DNA from: Candidatus Methylomirabilia bacterium
Lineage (GTDB): Bacteria; Methylomirabilota; Methylomirabilia; Rokubacteriales; CSP1-6
DNA: 28,007 nucleotides
NCBI GenBank assembly: GCA_041492755.1
Contig: JBGPXN010000049.1
Location: 1-28,007, forward strand
Direction: 5' to 3'
In this document: positions 25,773-28,007 of the stretch, one piece after another
Numbering within the stretch: position 1 is the stretch's first letter
Layout of the letters: each line of letters opens with the position of its first letter
Notes under the pieces: model-generated
Told to the model about the DNA's origin: nothing
Seen by the model: only the letters and a program-made list of their open reading frames with translations
The model's database searches: none
Translations under genes and position numbers: made by a program

Positions 25773-28006
25773 TCGACGAGGAGGCCGAGCGCCCGGAGCA
25801 CGCGCTCCGGCGTGATCGGCAGGCGGGTGAGGCGGGCGCCGGTCGCGTCCTCGATGGCGTTGGCGATGGCCGCCGCCGGCGGCGCGATGGGCGGCTCGCC
25901 GATCCCGCGCGCCCCGAACGGACCGAGCCCCTCGCCGGATTCGACGACGATGGCGTCGACGTCGGGCACGTCGGCCGCGCTGGGAATCAGGTAGGACGCG
26001 AAGGACATCGTCATGTTGATCCCGTCCTCGAGGAGCACTTCCTCCAGCATCGCGTAGCCGAGTCCCTGGACCGCGCCGCCCTGGATCTGGCCCTCGACGG
26101 ATTGCGGATTGATCGCGCGCCCGACGTCGTGCGCGGCCACGTGCTTGAGCACGCGCACGCGCCCCGTCTCGGTGTCGACCTCGACCTCGACCGCGTGCGC
26201 GCCGAACGTGTAGTCGGGGAACACTTTGCCCGACGCCTTCCCGAGATTGCCGAGGTCGATCGGCTCGCCCGCCGGCGCGTGATAGACGGCCAGGTGGCTG
26301 CGCGGCACCCCCAAGCGCGCGCAGGACGCGAGCACCTGGCGAAGCGGCAGGGCGCGACCGTCGCCGGCCACGACGGTGCCGTCGGTCATGTGAAGCGTGG
26401 CCGCGTCCGCGCTCAACAGACCGGCGGCCACGCCGAGGATTTGCGCACGCAGCGCGCGCGCCGCCTGGAGGGTGGCGTTGCCGGACATGTAGAGCTGGCG
26501 GCTCGCGGTCGTCGTTCCCGCCAGCGGCGTGAGCGCGCTGTCGGCGATGTGCACGCAGACGCGCTCGAGCGGGACGCCGAGCACCTCGGCGGCGATCTGG
26601 CAGAGTGACGACGCCTGGCCGCCGCCGACGTCGGGGACGCCGCAGCGGACCACGAGGCTGCCGTCCATCTCGAAGCCGACCCACGAGCTCGACCAATCGT
26701 GCAGCCAGACGATGCGGCCGTAGGGCTGCAGGTTGCACGCGAGCCCGCGGCCGACCTTGAGGTGCGGCGCGCGCGGCGTCGCGGGCGCGCCGAGACCGGC
26801 CCACGCGCGCTCCGCCAGCTCCGCCACCGCGACGTGCGTCTCGATCACCTGACCGACGGGCAGCGAATCGCCGGGCCGGAGCGCGTTGATCCGTCGCAGC
26901 TCGACCGGCGACATCCCGAGCGCGCGGGCGACGCGCTCCATCTGCGATTCGTAGCCGAAGACGACCTGCATGGCGCCGAAACCGCGCATGGCCGAGGTCG
27001 GCGGGTTGTTCGTGTAGGCGACGCGCGCGTCGACGCTGACCGCGGGCACGCGGTACGGCCCCGCCGCCGTCACGGTGGAATAGAGCAGGACGAGCGCCGA
27101 GAGATACGCGTAGGCGCCGGCGTCGCCGAGCAGCGTGATCTCCTGGCCGAGGATCTCGCCCGTCCGCGCGGCCGCCGTCCGGTAGCGCATGGAGTACGGA
27201 TGGCGCTTGGCGCGGGCGAGGAGCGACTCCTGCCGCGTCCACACCATCTTCACCGGGCGGCCGGTTTTGAGGGCGAGCAGACCGAGGTACACCTCGACCG
27301 TCACGTCCTCCTTGCCCCCGAAGCCGCCGCCGAGGTACGCGCCGATGACGCGCACGCGGTTCTGGGGCACGTCGAGAACCTCGGCCACGTCGCGGAAGTG
27401 CTCGATGACCTGGGTGGAGAGGCGGATGGTGATGACCCCGTCGGAGTCGATCCAGGCCACGCCGGATTCGGGCTCGAGATAGCCGGCGTCCACGAACTGC
27501 GTGCGGTACTCGCCCTCGACCACGACGGCGGCGGCGGCGAAGGCGGCGGCGAGATCGCCCCGCGCGACCTGCCAGTGCGCCAGCAAATTGCCCTCCTCGT
27601 GAACGGCCGGCGCGCCGGGCTCGAGCGCGGCCACCGGGTCGAAGACGCCGGGCCGCGGCTCGTAGTCCACCTCGACGGCCTCGGCGGCGTCGCGCGCCTG
27701 CTCGAGCGTCTCGGCGGCGACGAGCGCGACCGGCTCTCCCTGGTGCCGGACGCGATCCTCCGCCAGCACGTGAAGCTTCGCCCGTAGCGGGCCGACCTGG
27801 GTGGTCTGCCCGGGCACGTCGGTCATCAGCGTGTTCCGCGGCACGTCTTTCGCCGTCAGCACGCAGGCCACGCCGGGCATCTCGCGCGCGCGCGTGGTGT
27901 CGAGACCGCGGATGCGCGCCGCGGGGTAGGGGGAGCGCACGACCACCGCGTGAAGCATTCCCGGCATCGCCCAGTCGCCCGCGTACGCCACCGACGCCGA
28001 GACCTT
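25769..28006 (-). CDS. Xanthine dehydrogenase-family molybdopterin-binding subunit; 5' truncated
   Basis: Motifs GGGFGGK, AMRGFG, DVGGG, HDVGRAINP..VEGQIQGG and ARGIGEPP. The frame is open to the window edge. Confidence 0.95.
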   Translation of the reverse strand, partial: KVSASVAYAGDWAMPGMLHAVVVRSPYPAARIRGLDTTRAREMPGVACVLTAKDVPRNTLMTDVPGQTTQVGPLRAKLHVLAEDRVRHQGEPVALVAAETLEQARDAAEAVEVDYEPRPGVFDPVAALEPGAPAVHEEGNLLAHWQVARGDLAAAFAAAAVVVEGEYRTQFVDAGYLEPESGVAWIDSDGVITIRLSTQVIEHFRDVAEVLDVPQNRVRVIGAYLGGGFGGKEDVTVEVYLGLLALKTGRPVKMVWTRQESLLARAKRHPYSMRYRTAAARTGEILGQEITLLGDAGAYAYLSALVLLYSTVTAAGPYRVPAVSVDARVAYTNNPPTSAMRGFGAMQVVFGYESQMERVARALGMSPVELRRINALRPGDSLPVGQVIETHVAVAELAERAWAGLGAPATPRAPHLKVGRGLACNLQPYGRIVWLHDWSSSWVGFEMDGSLVVRCGVPDVGGGQASSLCQIAAEVLGVPLERVCVHIADSALTPLAGTTTASRQLYMSGNATLQAARALRAQILGVAAGLLSADAATLHMTDGTVVAGDGRALPLRQVLASCARLGVPRSHLAVYHAPAGEPIDLGNLGKASGKVFPDYTFGAHAVEVEVDTETGRVRVLKHVAAHDVGRAINPQSVEGQIQGGAVQGLGYAMLEEVLLEDGINMTMSFASYLIPSAADVPDVDAIVVESGEGLGPFGARGIGEPPIAPPAAAIANAIEDATGARLTRLPITPERVLRALGLLVD

Positions 28007-28007
28007 G

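Noticed and set aside
24963..27242. Apparent 759-aa ORF, and similar N-terminal extensions on 4567-5787, 5136-6953, 18971-20434, 23114-24469 and 24181-25416
   Set aside because: The extensions are R/A/G/P-rich off-frame readings of the neighbouring gene. True starts are indicated by RBSs or stop/start overlaps, so these are not fusions.
1..28007. CRISPR arrays, tRNA/rRNA genes, DNA tandem repeats
   Set aside because: None were seen; the window is almost fully protein-coding.

Overview
High-GC bacterial window of about 27 genes, with no rRNA, tRNA, CRISPR array or transposase recognised. Most genes are metabolic or housekeeping: a YyaL-like protein (5'-truncated), a GAF-GAF-PAS adenylate cyclase coupled to a repeat coiled-coil protein, a small HIT-like protein, a zinc-finger-less Fpg, aldo/keto reductase, two acyl-CoA dehydrogenases, SDR, enoyl-CoA hydratase, PepP, an LLM monooxygenase, a CoA transferase, a VOC protein, a PotABC-like ABC transporter and a xanthine dehydrogenase-family Mo subunit (5'-truncated). 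The standout is a three-gene minus-strand cassette at 14392-18825. It encodes (1) a TRPM-type SLOG domain fused to two SLATT/DUF4231 2TM modules, (2) a 666-aa fusion of a degenerate class III cyclase fold, a nucleoside-deoxyribosyltransferase/TIR-like domain, a PAS-like domain and a SAM methyltransferase, and (3) a FeeM/LuxI-like GNAT acyltransferase. It is a candidate undescribed nucleotide-signalling defence or conflict system. There are also two gene remnants (14020-14356 and an HpaB-like pseudogene at 22562-23094) and an AT-richer patch with small ORFs (21440-22080). All domain calls come from motifs read by eye, not from database searches.
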